Source: Rhodomicrobiaceae bacterium (GTDB lineage: Bacteria > Pseudomonadota > Alphaproteobacteria > Rhizobiales > Rhodomicrobiaceae). Taken from it: a DNA stretch of 64,000 bases. This document shows, piece by piece, positions 8,984 to 17,608 of this stretch (its first letter is position 1; each line of letters begins with the position of its first letter). Made by a program: the position numbers and the translations under genes. The notes beneath the pieces were generated by a model. The model saw nothing but the letters and a program-made list of their open reading frames with translations. It did not search any database and was not told where the DNA came from. The DNA is taken from NCBI GenBank assembly GCA_050330195.1, contig JBHJOB010000025.1, forward strand, positions 649 through 64,648, written 5' to 3'.

Positions 8984-9898
8984 ATGTATTTGGTCTGCGG
9001 CGAAGCGCTTTATGATTTCTTTCTGACCGGGAGCGCCAATCCCGGCGCGCTGACCTTCGATGCGCGGGCGGCGGGCTCACCGTTCAATACCGCCATCGGG
9101 ATCGTCCGGCAGGGCGGGAAGTCGGCGCTGTTCACCGGCGTCTCGACGGACATGCTGGGCCGCCGCCTCATGGAGGTGCTGGACGCGGAGGGCGTGGAGA
9201 CGCGCTATCTGGTGCGCTCGGACCGGCTGACCACGCTCAGCCTCGTCGATCTTTCAGCGGGACAGCCAGCCTATGCCTTCTATGGCGCGGGCGCGGCGGA
9301 TCGCAGCCTGACCGAAGCCGACCTGCCCGTTCTCGGCGACGAGATCACCGGGCTGCATTTCGGCTCCTATTCGATCGCGGCGGAGCCCGTCGCCACGGCG
9401 CTTGCCGCACTCGCCGAACGCGAGCGCCATCGCTTCATCTCTCTCGATCCAAACATCCGGCCAACCGTGGTGCCCTCGCCCGACATCTGGCGGCAGCGCA
9501 TCGAACGGCTGCTCCCGCTGGCGGATCTGGTCAAGATCAGCTCGGAAGACCTGGAACTCGTCTATCCCGGCGCGACCGCCGAGACAATCGCGGCAGAATG
9601 GCTCGGTCGCGGCCTCACGCTGATCGTCGTTACCGATGGGGGAAAACCGGTTCGGGCGTTCCGGGGCGCGGACTGTATTTCCGTGACGCCGCCCGAGGTC
9701 GAAATCGTGGATACGGTCGGAGCGGGCGATGCATTTCAGGCCACGCTCCTGGCGCGGCTCGCCGAATTGGGCGACCCGGCAAACGCGATCCGGACGAGGA
9801 ACAACACCGAACTTGAGGGCATCCTTCTCGACGCCGCCAGCATCGCGGCCGCGAACTGCGCCAGACGCGGCTTCGACATTCCCCGCCGGGCGCAATAG
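8984..9898 (+). CDS. PfkB-family carbohydrate kinase (fructokinase-like)
   Basis: Track ORF 8960..9898. MYLVCGEALYDFF N-terminus typical of fructokinases, plus the DTVGAGDAF motif. The start could also be 8960. Confidence 0.8.
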   Translation: MYLVCGEALYDFFLTGSANPGALTFDARAAGSPFNTAIGIVRQGGKSALFTGVSTDMLGRRLMEVLDAEGVETRYLVRSDRLTTLSLVDLSAGQPAYAFYGAGAADRSLTEADLPVLGDEITGLHFGSYSIAAEPVATALAALAERERHRFISLDPNIRPTVVPSPDIWRQRIERLLPLADLVKISSEDLELVYPGATAETIAAEWLGRGLTLIVVTDGGKPVRAFRGADCISVTPPEVEIVDTVGAGDAFQATLLARLAELGDPANAIRTRNNTELEGILLDAASIAAANCARRGFDIPRRAQ

Positions 9899-9937
9899 AT
9901 GACGACCACCTGACCGTGCGTTTTAGCAGAAGTCAAA

Positions 9938-10081
9938 GCCGTGAGAGAAGCGTCATCGAACCGGCACCACCGCGCGCAGGGGTAGTGTGGCGGCGGCGCG
10001 CAAGCAAATGGTGGAGGTGAGAGGAGGATCCTCGAACCGGAACCCGCCGGTTGGGTTGGCGGGCGGCAACCGGCAAGCAAA
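9938..10081 (-). repeat. Two decayed ~73-bp tandem copies derived from the 3' end of tRNA-Tyr (not functional tRNAs)
   Basis: GCAAGCAAATGGTGGAGG occurs at 10000-10017 and again at 10073-10090, where it overlaps the real tRNA 3' end. The proximal copy keeps a GGTTCGAGGATCC...CACCTCCACCA 3'-end-like sequence. A more degenerate copy (GTGAGAGAAGCGTCATCGAACCGGCACC...) lies at about 9938-9999. Confidence 0.6.
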
Positions 10082-10166
10082 TGGTGGAGGGAGTTGGATT
10101 CGAACCAACGTAGGCATAGCCAACGGGTTTACAGCCCGTCCCCTTTAGCCACTCGGGCATCCCTCC
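10082..10166 (-). tRNA. tRNA-Tyr (anticodon GTA), class II with long variable arm, CCA encoded
   Basis: Reverse complement is GGAGGGATGCCCGAGTGGCTAAAGGGGACGGGCTGTAAACCCGTTGGCTATGCCTACGTTGGTTCGAATCCAACTCCCTCCACCA. It folds as acceptor GGAGGGA/TCCCTCC, anticodon stem ACGGG/CCCGT with loop CTGTAAA, and T arm GTTGG-TTCGAAT-CCAAC. Confidence 0.93.
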
Positions 10167-10370
10167 AGGGAGTGTCGCCTCATTCCGGTCGGAAAATTGC
10201 GGCGGGCGAGGCCCATCCGCAAAAGGCGAGAGGTTGATAACATTCCATCGCGAGGGATGCAATGCCATCCGAACCTTGATATCGACATCTTATAGGCAGG
10301 ATATTCGCGCCGCGCAATGATGAACGCGAGGCGCGCAAAGCTTTCTTGCAAACAGGGCGCGGTGAGCCGC

Positions 10371-10472
10371 ATAGGGCGAGATCCGATAAAATGGACACCA
10401 TTTTTTGGAAAAATCGAGCTTGAAGCAAACAGATGCAGATCAGGCCCGTTTCGTTAAGAAATGATCCTGATC
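10371..10472 (-). repeat. 102-bp intergenic repeat element, copy 2 (reverse orientation)
   Basis: The reverse complement aligns end to end with copies 1 and 3. It ends (GATCCTGATC) one nucleotide before ATG 10474. Confidence 0.85.
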
Positions 10473-10473
10473 T

Positions 10474-11304
10474 ATGACAGTCAACAAGCGGGATCTGGCG
10501 GCAATGAGAGGCAGAACGTCGAAGCAGGGTTTCAGGAAGTTGCAGGCCGGAGCCCGGCAGGGCAAGCAGCGGCGGGACGCGGATCATGTCCGCATTTACG
10601 GGCTGCACGCCGCGGAGGCCGCGCTCGCCAATCCCCGCCGCGAAATCCGGCACATCCATGCAACGCCGAATGCCGCGCAGCGCCTCTCTGCCGCGCTCCG
10701 CCCCGGCCACCCGCAAATCACACCCGTGATCCCCCGCGATCTCGACCGGATGCTCGGCGGCGACAGCGTGCATCAGGGCGTTCTTATCGAAGCGCAAGCC
10801 CTGCCGGATGTCGGCCTCGCCGATCTTCCCGAGGCGCGGCTGGTGCTGTTCCTCGACCAGATCACCGACCCGCATAATGTCGGCGCGATCCTGCGGACGG
10901 CGGCGGCTTTCGGCGTCGATGCGCTGGTGATGACCGCGCGAAACAGCCCGCCGCTCGATGGCACGCTGGCGAAGGCTGCGTCCGGCGGCCTTGAGCATGT
11001 GCCGGTCGTGCTGGTTCCGAATCTGTCGCGGGCGCTGGCCGAGGCGGAGGAATTGGGCTTTACCCGGATCGGTCTGGACTCTGATGGCGATGGGCTGCTG
11101 GACGAGGCGGAAGCCCCGGAGCGGCTGGCGCTGGTTCTGGGGGCGGAGGATCGGGGACTGCGCCGGTTGACGCGCGAGCATTGCGAACACGTGCTTGCGC
11201 TTCGCACCTTTGGGCCGATTGCCAGCCTCAACGTTTCCAATGCCGCAGCAATTGCGCTTCAGATCATGACGCAGAAAATGCGCCAGCGTTCGCAACCGGC
11301 CTGA
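10474..11304 (+). CDS. TrmH/SpoU-family RNA 2'-O-methyltransferase (RlmB-like)
   Basis: HVRIYGLHAAEAALANP N-terminal substrate-binding-like region and a C-terminal SpoU core (DQITDPHNVGAILRTAAAFGVDALV, LVLGAEDRGLRRLT, SLNVSNAAAIAL). The start is uncertain: ATG 10474 abuts the repeat and has no SD, and ATG 10504 is the alternative. Confidence 0.8.
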   Translation: MTVNKRDLAAMRGRTSKQGFRKLQAGARQGKQRRDADHVRIYGLHAAEAALANPRREIRHIHATPNAAQRLSAALRPGHPQITPVIPRDLDRMLGGDSVHQGVLIEAQALPDVGLADLPEARLVLFLDQITDPHNVGAILRTAAAFGVDALVMTARNSPPLDGTLAKAASGGLEHVPVVLVPNLSRALAEAEELGFTRIGLDSDGDGLLDEAEAPERLALVLGAEDRGLRRLTREHCEHVLALRTFGPIASLNVSNAAAIALQIMTQKMRQRSQPA

Positions 11305-11314
11305 TGGCGGCGCG

Positions 11315-12139
11315 CTACTTCATCGTCTCGTGCATCTGTCTGGCCCACTCCGTATTGTAGCCGAGCCATTTTTTCTCCAGCTCAAGCAGCCGGCCAGCCT
11401 TGTGCCAGTCCCTCACGATTCCGGCGAGGCGCGTTTGCAACTCGGCATTTGCCGCGCCCGGCTGAACGGCAAGCGCCCAGGGGAGCGGGGCGAGTTCCAA
11501 CTCGACGAGATCGTAATCGTCCCATCGCGCGGTCTTGTGGTTTTGCAACTGGTACAGTTCCACGTGCTCTTCCGCCAGAGCCTCGCAGCGACCTTCGGCA
11601 AGGGCCATTGCCGCCTGATGCAGGTCGCGGAATTCGACAAGCTCCGTCTTCGGAGCGTTGGCTGCCAGCAACGGATTGAGATAGCGGTTCAACAAGGTGC
11701 AGATTTTCGCGCCCTCAAGATCGGCGAGCGTTTTGACGCCGGAATCGCGGCGGACGAAAAGGGACGGTGTGCTGGCGTAATAATGGGGCTCGACAAGATG
11801 CGCCTCGCTTTGCCGATGGGCCGTGACCGCAAGCGTCGCGATCAGAAGGTCGAGGCGGCCAAGTCCCAGAAACTGCATCCGGCTCGTGGAGGTCACGGGA
11901 AACAGCTCGATTCCGACGCCGAGTTGGGCGGCAATGTCATTCGCCAGTTCGACTTCCAGGCCGGTCAACTCGCCGTGTTCGTTGCGGAAGCCGAAAGGCG
12001 GCGCGGTATCCTTGACGCCCACAACGATCTTGCCGCGCGCCTTGATTTCAGCGAGCGATCCCGCCGCCGCCATGCCGGCGAGCGAGGCGAAAATGGTGGT
12101 AACAAGTCCCGCCGCAAAGAGCGCTGATCTGCTGAACAT
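11315..12139 (-). CDS. ABC transporter substrate-binding protein, family 3 (polar amino acid type)
   Basis: Track ORF 11315..12208. Start moved to MFSRSALFAAGLVTTIFASLAGMAAAG (signal peptide). GKIVVGVKDTAPPFGF is typical of SBP_bac_3. Confidence 0.8.
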   Translation of the reverse strand: MFSRSALFAAGLVTTIFASLAGMAAAGSLAEIKARGKIVVGVKDTAPPFGFRNEHGELTGLEVELANDIAAQLGVGIELFPVTSTSRMQFLGLGRLDLLIATLAVTAHRQSEAHLVEPHYYASTPSLFVRRDSGVKTLADLEGAKICTLLNRYLNPLLAANAPKTELVEFRDLHQAAMALAEGRCEALAEEHVELYQLQNHKTARWDDYDLVELELAPLPWALAVQPGAANAELQTRLAGIVRDWHKAGRLLELEKKWLGYNTEWARQMHETMK

Positions 12140-12240
12140 CGAAAAATCTGACCTTACGCATGTGACGAGAAAATCGAGCCGCCATCCTTCATATAATTGC
12201 GCTTGCATAAAGGCTGGATGAACGCCGCTCCATGATGGCT

Positions 12241-14184
12241 TCAGCCTGCACCGTCTTTGGCGGTAGCGCGCAATGCGGAGGTGACGAGCACCGCGAGGGC
12301 GCGCTCCTTCAGGCTGGACGGCGCGTCCAGGTTCATCCGGAGGAGCGCTTCGCGTTCGGCTTCCCCCGGCGCGCGGAATATGCCGCCGCGCGCGACCATG
12401 CCGGCCAGCTTCGTCCAGCTTGGCGCGATGTCGCGCAGATTTCCAAGCGCACGAGCCAGCGATTGCTCGACCTCGGTCATCTGCGAGCCCAGCGGATATT
12501 CGACGAGCAGGCCGCTGGCGAAGGCGGGGGCAAGCAGCGCCTCCACCCGCTCTGGATAGTTTCGCCGGAAGCTCTCCGGGACCGCATGATCTTTCTCGAT
12601 CTTGCCGGCCTTTTTTGCCCGCGCCAGCAAGCCGTCCTGAAAGCGGCTGTCCGCGAGATTGAGCATGGCGGCGATGCAGTCGCGGTCGGACAAGCCGCGC
12701 AGATCGGCAAGCCCGTGCTCGGTAACGATCATGTCGCGCAGATGGGCGGGGATGGTCTGCGCGCCGTAGTTCCAGCGGATGTTCGATCGCGGTTTGCCGC
12801 CGGACATGCGGATCGCCTTGACCTCGATGATGGCGCGGGCGTCGTCCAGCTCATGAGCCTGCGCGACGAAATTATACTGTCCGCCCACGCCGCTCACCAC
12901 ACCGCCATCGTCAAGCTGGTCGGAGACGAGCGCGCCCTTGAGCGTCGCCATCATGGCGCTATTGATGAAGCGGCCATGCTTGCGGTGCGCGCGCCGCAGT
13001 TCTTCGCCGCCATAAAGCTGGTTGATGAAGGAGATGGCCGTCATCCGCAGCGCGGCGCGGCCTTCGTCGTCCAGCGTGTGAAGTCCTTCGTAGAACCCCG
13101 TAGAGCCGACGAAAAAACCCGCGTGCAAGACCGCGCCCTTCAAATAGTCCTCCGCGGTCATCCCGCCATCATCGGCAAGCTGCTGCTGCTCGACATTGTC
13201 GAAGACGCGGCGCTTCAGGATCCCGGCGCGGTACAGTTCCAGAAATCCGTCCACGAACATTTCGCTCGCGCCGTAAAGCCCTTTCTCGAACGGAGCCAGC
13301 TCTAGCGGCAGATGCGGGCAATTGTGACCGACGCCAAGGCTCGTCACCAGTTCGCGGAACTCCTCGTTCCGCTCGTGACGCAGCTTGAGGATATGCGTCA
13401 GCGCATCGCCGAACGCGCCGATGCCGAGCTGGATCGTGCCGCCATCCTTGATGGTCGGCACGACGTGAAGCGCGGCGGCATAATCGGCGGCGGAAACGGG
13501 CTGTTTGGGCGGCGCAAAGAGCGGGAATTCATAGGCCGGATCGTCGAGAATATGATCGAATGCGGAAGCGGAAATCTCGGCATCGCCCGTCATGAACGGC
13601 AAAGCGCGGTTTGCCTGCCCTGCAATGGCGATCTTCTGGCCCGCATCGCGGCGTCTGGCCAGTTCAGGCAGTACGTCGAGCGTCATGTCGGTGTTGCCCG
13701 ACAGGCTGTAGGATTTGCCGTCGGCTGCCGGCGCAACGAGTTGGGCGATGACATTGACGCCGAGGTTGAGGAGGTGCCGGGCGACGTGGGTGTAATTCAG
13801 GCTGACATAGCTTTGCTGGGCTGAAGGCGATGACAGCATTGCCCCGGCCTGAAGGAAGAATTCGTGCACCTGTATGTTGGCGGGCAACTCGCCGCGCTTC
13901 TGCGCCAGCGCATAGTCGAGATCCGGATAGCCGCCGAAAAGCCGTTCGACGAGCGGGCCGGCAAAGCGCTTTTGCAGTTCGTTGCCCCCGGACGGCTTGA
14001 CCAGCGTCAGTCCGCTAAAGATCGTCAGCCGGAGCGATCTGTCCTTCATCGCGCGGGCGAACAATTCATTAACGATGTGATTGGCCTTGCCGATGCCGAT
14101 GGGCAATCCGAGCACGATATTCGGCCCGACCGCCGCCAGAATGGCGTCGGCGCAACGGGAGACGTCCTTGTGAATGGCAGGCAT
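12241..14184 (-). CDS. Acetyl-CoA hydrolase/transferase family protein
   Basis: 647-aa ORF with coherent composition and high GC3. The family call rests on overall resemblance (VLGLPIGIGKANHIVNELF..., GGQYNFVAQAH) and is less certain than the gene call itself. Confidence 0.65.
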   Translation of the reverse strand: MPAIHKDVSRCADAILAAVGPNIVLGLPIGIGKANHIVNELFARAMKDRSLRLTIFSGLTLVKPSGGNELQKRFAGPLVERLFGGYPDLDYALAQKRGELPANIQVHEFFLQAGAMLSSPSAQQSYVSLNYTHVARHLLNLGVNVIAQLVAPAADGKSYSLSGNTDMTLDVLPELARRRDAGQKIAIAGQANRALPFMTGDAEISASAFDHILDDPAYEFPLFAPPKQPVSAADYAAALHVVPTIKDGGTIQLGIGAFGDALTHILKLRHERNEEFRELVTSLGVGHNCPHLPLELAPFEKGLYGASEMFVDGFLELYRAGILKRRVFDNVEQQQLADDGGMTAEDYLKGAVLHAGFFVGSTGFYEGLHTLDDEGRAALRMTAISFINQLYGGEELRRAHRKHGRFINSAMMATLKGALVSDQLDDGGVVSGVGGQYNFVAQAHELDDARAIIEVKAIRMSGGKPRSNIRWNYGAQTIPAHLRDMIVTEHGLADLRGLSDRDCIAAMLNLADSRFQDGLLARAKKAGKIEKDHAVPESFRRNYPERVEALLAPAFASGLLVEYPLGSQMTEVEQSLARALGNLRDIAPSWTKLAGMVARGGIFRAPGEAEREALLRMNLDAPSSLKERALAVLVTSALRATAKDGAG

Positions 14185-14284
14185 GAAAAATCCCGGGACT
14201 CGGCTTTTGATCAGATCGACTGATTTGGGTGTGTCGATGCAAGAACAAAATGACCGCCTGTGTGGTTCCCGGAGGGCCGCCTTT

Positions 14285-15196
14285 TCAGCCTGTGCGGCGC
14301 GCGATCATGCGCGAGGCGATGCGCAGGACGCCAGCCGGAGCGAAAACCAGAATGTTGCCCATCGCAATCAGCATGAGCCCGACAACGGCGGCCGGCGTCC
14401 ATTGATAGCCCTCGAAGAAGGTCGAGACCGTCAGCGCAATGGCCGGGTAAAGCACGGTGGAGAAGGCCGCGAGCGGCGCGCCGATGCGCTTGACCACCTC
14501 AAGATAGGTCAGAAAACCGATGACCGTTCCGGGGATCGCCAGATAGAGCAGCGCCAGATAGAAATCGGCGGAGAAATCCGTCGGGAAACCGTGGCCGCGC
14601 GCCAGCGTGTAAATGGTCAGGAACAGCGTCCCCCAGACCATGCTCCAGGCCGTCGTCGTCGGCATATGCAGACCGGCGCTGTTATTGCCTCGCGAGGTCA
14701 TGTTTCCGAGCGAAAAGATATAGGTGCCCGCCAGCACGAAACCCGCGCCAATGATAGCCTCGCTGGCAAGGTCCAGCGCGGCTAGATCACGCCAGAACAG
14801 GCAGCCAAGTCCGGTCATGCCGCACACCGCCCCCGCGATGAAGCGCAGCGTCTGCCGCTGGCCGAACAGCACCATGCTGTTGAAAGCGTTGAAGACGGTT
14901 GCGGTCGAGAAAAGCAGCGCTACGACGCCGCTGGCGATATAGGCAGCGCCGTTATAGACCAGCAGGTAGTTGAGCGAGAACAGACAGAGTCCGGTGAGCG
15001 CCATTACAGGCTGCCTCCGCAACGGAACCGGCCGCAGCCGCCCCGTCACCGCGAGAAAGGCGAAAAGTGTGATTGCGGCGAGCGCCACGCGGTAGAGCAA
15101 GGCGATTTCGGCCGGAGCTTCCCCGATCTGAACGGTGATGGCGATCCAGGAGAAGCCCCAGACAAGAACGTTGATCAGGAAGAGAAAGGCCGTCAT
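14285..15196 (-). CDS. EamA/DMT-family transporter (10-TM type)
   Basis: Polytopic hydrophobic protein with two EamA-like halves. ATG 15196 is preceded by GGAG. The track start TTG 15211 is the alternative. Confidence 0.75.
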   Translation of the reverse strand: MTAFLFLINVLVWGFSWIAITVQIGEAPAEIALLYRVALAAITLFAFLAVTGRLRPVPLRRQPVMALTGLCLFSLNYLLVYNGAAYIASGVVALLFSTATVFNAFNSMVLFGQRQTLRFIAGAVCGMTGLGCLFWRDLAALDLASEAIIGAGFVLAGTYIFSLGNMTSRGNNSAGLHMPTTTAWSMVWGTLFLTIYTLARGHGFPTDFSADFYLALLYLAIPGTVIGFLTYLEVVKRIGAPLAAFSTVLYPAIALTVSTFFEGYQWTPAAVVGLMLIAMGNILVFAPAGVLRIASRMIARRTG

Positions 15197-15385
15197 ATCG
15201 CGACGCTCCAAGCGTGTCCGGAGATCAGCTAATATGGAACGGCGGCCACGGTCTCTCGCGATTTTGCGGCGTTTGTCCTGATCTTGCGGTAAATTGCGTG
15301 GGCGAAGGACGGCTGTGATTTCGGCGCGAGCCTGCCCGGATTAACATGCGGCCCGAGGCGACGCGCGGCTTTTTGAGGACGAGGA

Positions 15386-16276
15386 ATGCCGGATTCGATC
15401 CAGTATGACGTGTTTCGTCAGCTTGCCAGCGAGGGGGTGACGCTGTGCGCCGCCGCGCATTTCGGCGAGGGGCTGGCGGCTGCGCGGTGGGCAAGAAACG
15501 AAACGGCCGAGACGAGCTATATCCTGCCGAACCATCATACGCTCAGCCTTTATGCCTCGGGCGGCGACCAGATCAGGCGGCGCGGTGCGGGCCGCGAGTT
15601 GCGCAGCTTCGGGACGGGTTCGCTCTGCCTCATGCCGGAGGAGGTGACGAGCGACTGGTACATTGCCGGGCCGGTCGATCTGTTTCACCTTTACATCCCC
15701 AAGCGCCTGTTCGAGCGTGTCGCGGCGGACGCGCTGAACCGCGATCCGGCGCTCATCCGGCTGCCGGAGCGCACTTTCTTCGCCGATCCCGCGCTGGAAG
15801 CCATGATCCGGCTGAGCTTCCTCGACAGGAAGTGGGACGAACCGGCCGAAAGCCTGGCGCTGTCCTCTGCCGGACACATGCTGATCGCATATCTGATCGG
15901 CCATTACAGCACGGCGAGCGAGCGGATGCTCCTTGCCCGGGGCGGCCTGCCGCCGCGCGTTCTGCGCCGCGTCGAGGATTATGTCGAGGCCCACCTTGCC
16001 GAGCCGATGCGCATTTCCGATCTGGCGGACGTCGCCGGCCTCAGCGAATTCCACTTCGCCCGCATGTTCAAATCTGCGCGGGGCGAGTCGCCACACAGCT
16101 TCGTCATGCGCCGGCGTATCGAGCGCGCCAAGCGGCTGCTCGCCGAAAGCGGGAAGCCCGTCGCGGAGATCGCACTGGCCTGCGGCTTCGCCAGCCAGAG
16201 TCATTTTGCCGCGAATTTCCGCAAGCTGACAGGCGTGACGCCCCGGCGTTACCGGGCGGCGCGCGGCTCGCTCTAA
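15386..16276 (+). CDS. AraC-family transcriptional regulator
   Basis: C-terminal AraC HTH: MRISDLADVAGLSEFHFARMFKSARGESPHSFVMRRRIERAKRLL...IALACGFASQSHFAANFRKLTGVTPRRYR. Confidence 0.88.
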   Translation: MPDSIQYDVFRQLASEGVTLCAAAHFGEGLAAARWARNETAETSYILPNHHTLSLYASGGDQIRRRGAGRELRSFGTGSLCLMPEEVTSDWYIAGPVDLFHLYIPKRLFERVAADALNRDPALIRLPERTFFADPALEAMIRLSFLDRKWDEPAESLALSSAGHMLIAYLIGHYSTASERMLLARGGLPPRVLRRVEDYVEAHLAEPMRISDLADVAGLSEFHFARMFKSARGESPHSFVMRRRIERAKRLLAESGKPVAEIALACGFASQSHFAANFRKLTGVTPRRYRAARGSL

Positions 16277-16917
16277 CCCCTCATCAGCAGGGCCAGCGCC
16301 ATGAGCGAACTGGCTGCAATCCACGCGGCCACTACGCGCACCAGCACATCGGCCCATTGCGGCAGCGGGCGTGAAACAAGCGAGCCAATTGCCAGTATGA
16401 TCAAAGCGCCGGTGAGGAATGTCGCTGCGGCGGCCTGCGCCATGTCGGAAAATGCCGGCCCTTCGCCCTGCGTATCCAGTCCGATGACAGCGCCCAGAAG
16501 CGCCACGATCGGGATCGAGACAAGAGCGGGCAGCCGTCCGAATGCGGCGACCGTGGCGCTTGCCGCGAGAATAACCACGAGCGTCATATGCCAGAAATAC
16601 CAGAATAGCGACGGTGCGGCTGAGGACAACCACTGTCCGGCGACGAGGCCAACGGCGAAAGCGGGAAGAAATCCCCATGCGGCAACAGACTGCGTCCGCC
16701 CGGCGGCAAGGCCGGCGAGCACGATGCACGCCAATTGATGCGTGAGGAAGACCGGGTGCAGCATCAGCGCCGGAAACCCGGTTACGCCGGGGATGAATTC
16801 GTGAGCCTGTGCGGGGCTGCCGAGTAACACTGTGCTTGCAAGGCAGGCCGGGGCGATCCGGAGCCGTGCCGCGGCGCGCCAATTACGCGGCAAGAAATCC
16901 GATCCCGACAGCGGCAA
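16273..16917 (-). CDS. HupE/UreJ-family membrane protein (divergent second paralog)
   Basis: Signal-like segment ending AQA|HEFIPGVTGF, followed by multiple TM segments. Overlaps the upstream paralog by 35 nt if TTG 16917 is used, so the true start (for example TTG 16893) is uncertain. Confidence 0.6.
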   Translation of the reverse strand: MPLSGSDFLPRNWRAAARLRIAPACLASTVLLGSPAQAHEFIPGVTGFPALMLHPVFLTHQLACIVLAGLAAGRTQSVAAWGFLPAFAVGLVAGQWLSSAAPSLFWYFWHMTLVVILAASATVAAFGRLPALVSIPIVALLGAVIGLDTQGEGPAFSDMAQAAAATFLTGALIILAIGSLVSRPLPQWADVLVRVVAAWIAASSLMALALLMRG

Positions 16918-17485
16918 TCACAGCGCCCCCCGTGCGCACCGCGTATCGACCCAGAGGCCAGACGACGAGGAGCCCGAGAGCAATGCCCGCCAGATGCAGC
17001 AGCCCGGTGGAGACGACGAACCCGAGGCTGTAGGCGAGCGGATCGGCGGCCTGAGGCAATTCGGTTCCATGCGCATGGCCGTGAAAGATGGCGAAAGCGC
17101 CGACAATCAGTGCCGCAATCCAGATGGGCGGCCTGACCGCGAACGCCACCATGAGGCCAAGGACGACAGCGGACCCTGCAATGCCCGCCTCCACATACGG
17201 AACAGGCAGCCCCATGACGCCAAGCGCTCCGCCCAGCGCCATGACGAAGGGAAATACGATCGGAAGCGTCCAGATCGCGGGTGAACCGAGAAATGCGCCC
17301 CACAAGCCAACCGCGATCATGGCGACGAGATGGTCAAGCCCGAAAAGCGGGTGAAGAAATCCGCTTGTGAGCCCGCCCATGACCCCGACGGCTTCATGTG
17401 CGACGGCCGGTTGCGACGAGATCGTCAAGACGCCGAGGAACAGAGCGATCTTGTACCGCATTCGATGAGTCAGCATCGGTTGCAT
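16883..17485 (-). CDS. HupE/UreJ-family protein (Ni/Co transporter-type accessory membrane protein)
   Basis: ISSQPAVA|HEAVGVMGGLTSGFLHPLFGLDHLVAMIAVGLW is the characteristic HupE/UreJ N-terminus. Alternative starts are at 17476 and 17461. Confidence 0.8.
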   Translation of the reverse strand: MQPMLTHRMRYKIALFLGVLTISSQPAVAHEAVGVMGGLTSGFLHPLFGLDHLVAMIAVGLWGAFLGSPAIWTLPIVFPFVMALGGALGVMGLPVPYVEAGIAGSAVVLGLMVAFAVRPPIWIAALIVGAFAIFHGHAHGTELPQAADPLAYSLGFVVSTGLLHLAGIALGLLVVWPLGRYAVRTGGAVIAAVGIGFLAA

Positions 17486-17608
17486 CCCCCGACAGTCGCC
17501 ATCAATGGCCTTCGTGATCCGACTTATGGGACTTTCGCGCCTGGCCGCTCCCCTGTCAATAAAACGTCACGACATGGCTCCGCCCGGCAAGCCTGAGAAG
17601 ACTTCGCG

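Noticed and set aside
10009-10081. A second tRNA gene next to tRNA-Tyr.
   Set aside because: It has a 3'-end-like ...CACCTCCACCA and a GGTTCGA-like segment. There is no complementary 5' acceptor strand, the T stem does not pair, and the spacing to the 3' end is wrong. It was treated as a decayed partial duplication.
17486-17608. A possible cobalamin riboswitch upstream of the HupE/UreJ pair.
   Set aside because: The region is too short (~120 nt) and no B12 box (AGYCMGGAGACCKGCC-like) or GCCACTG element was recognised. Only a weak AGTCGGA fragment is present.
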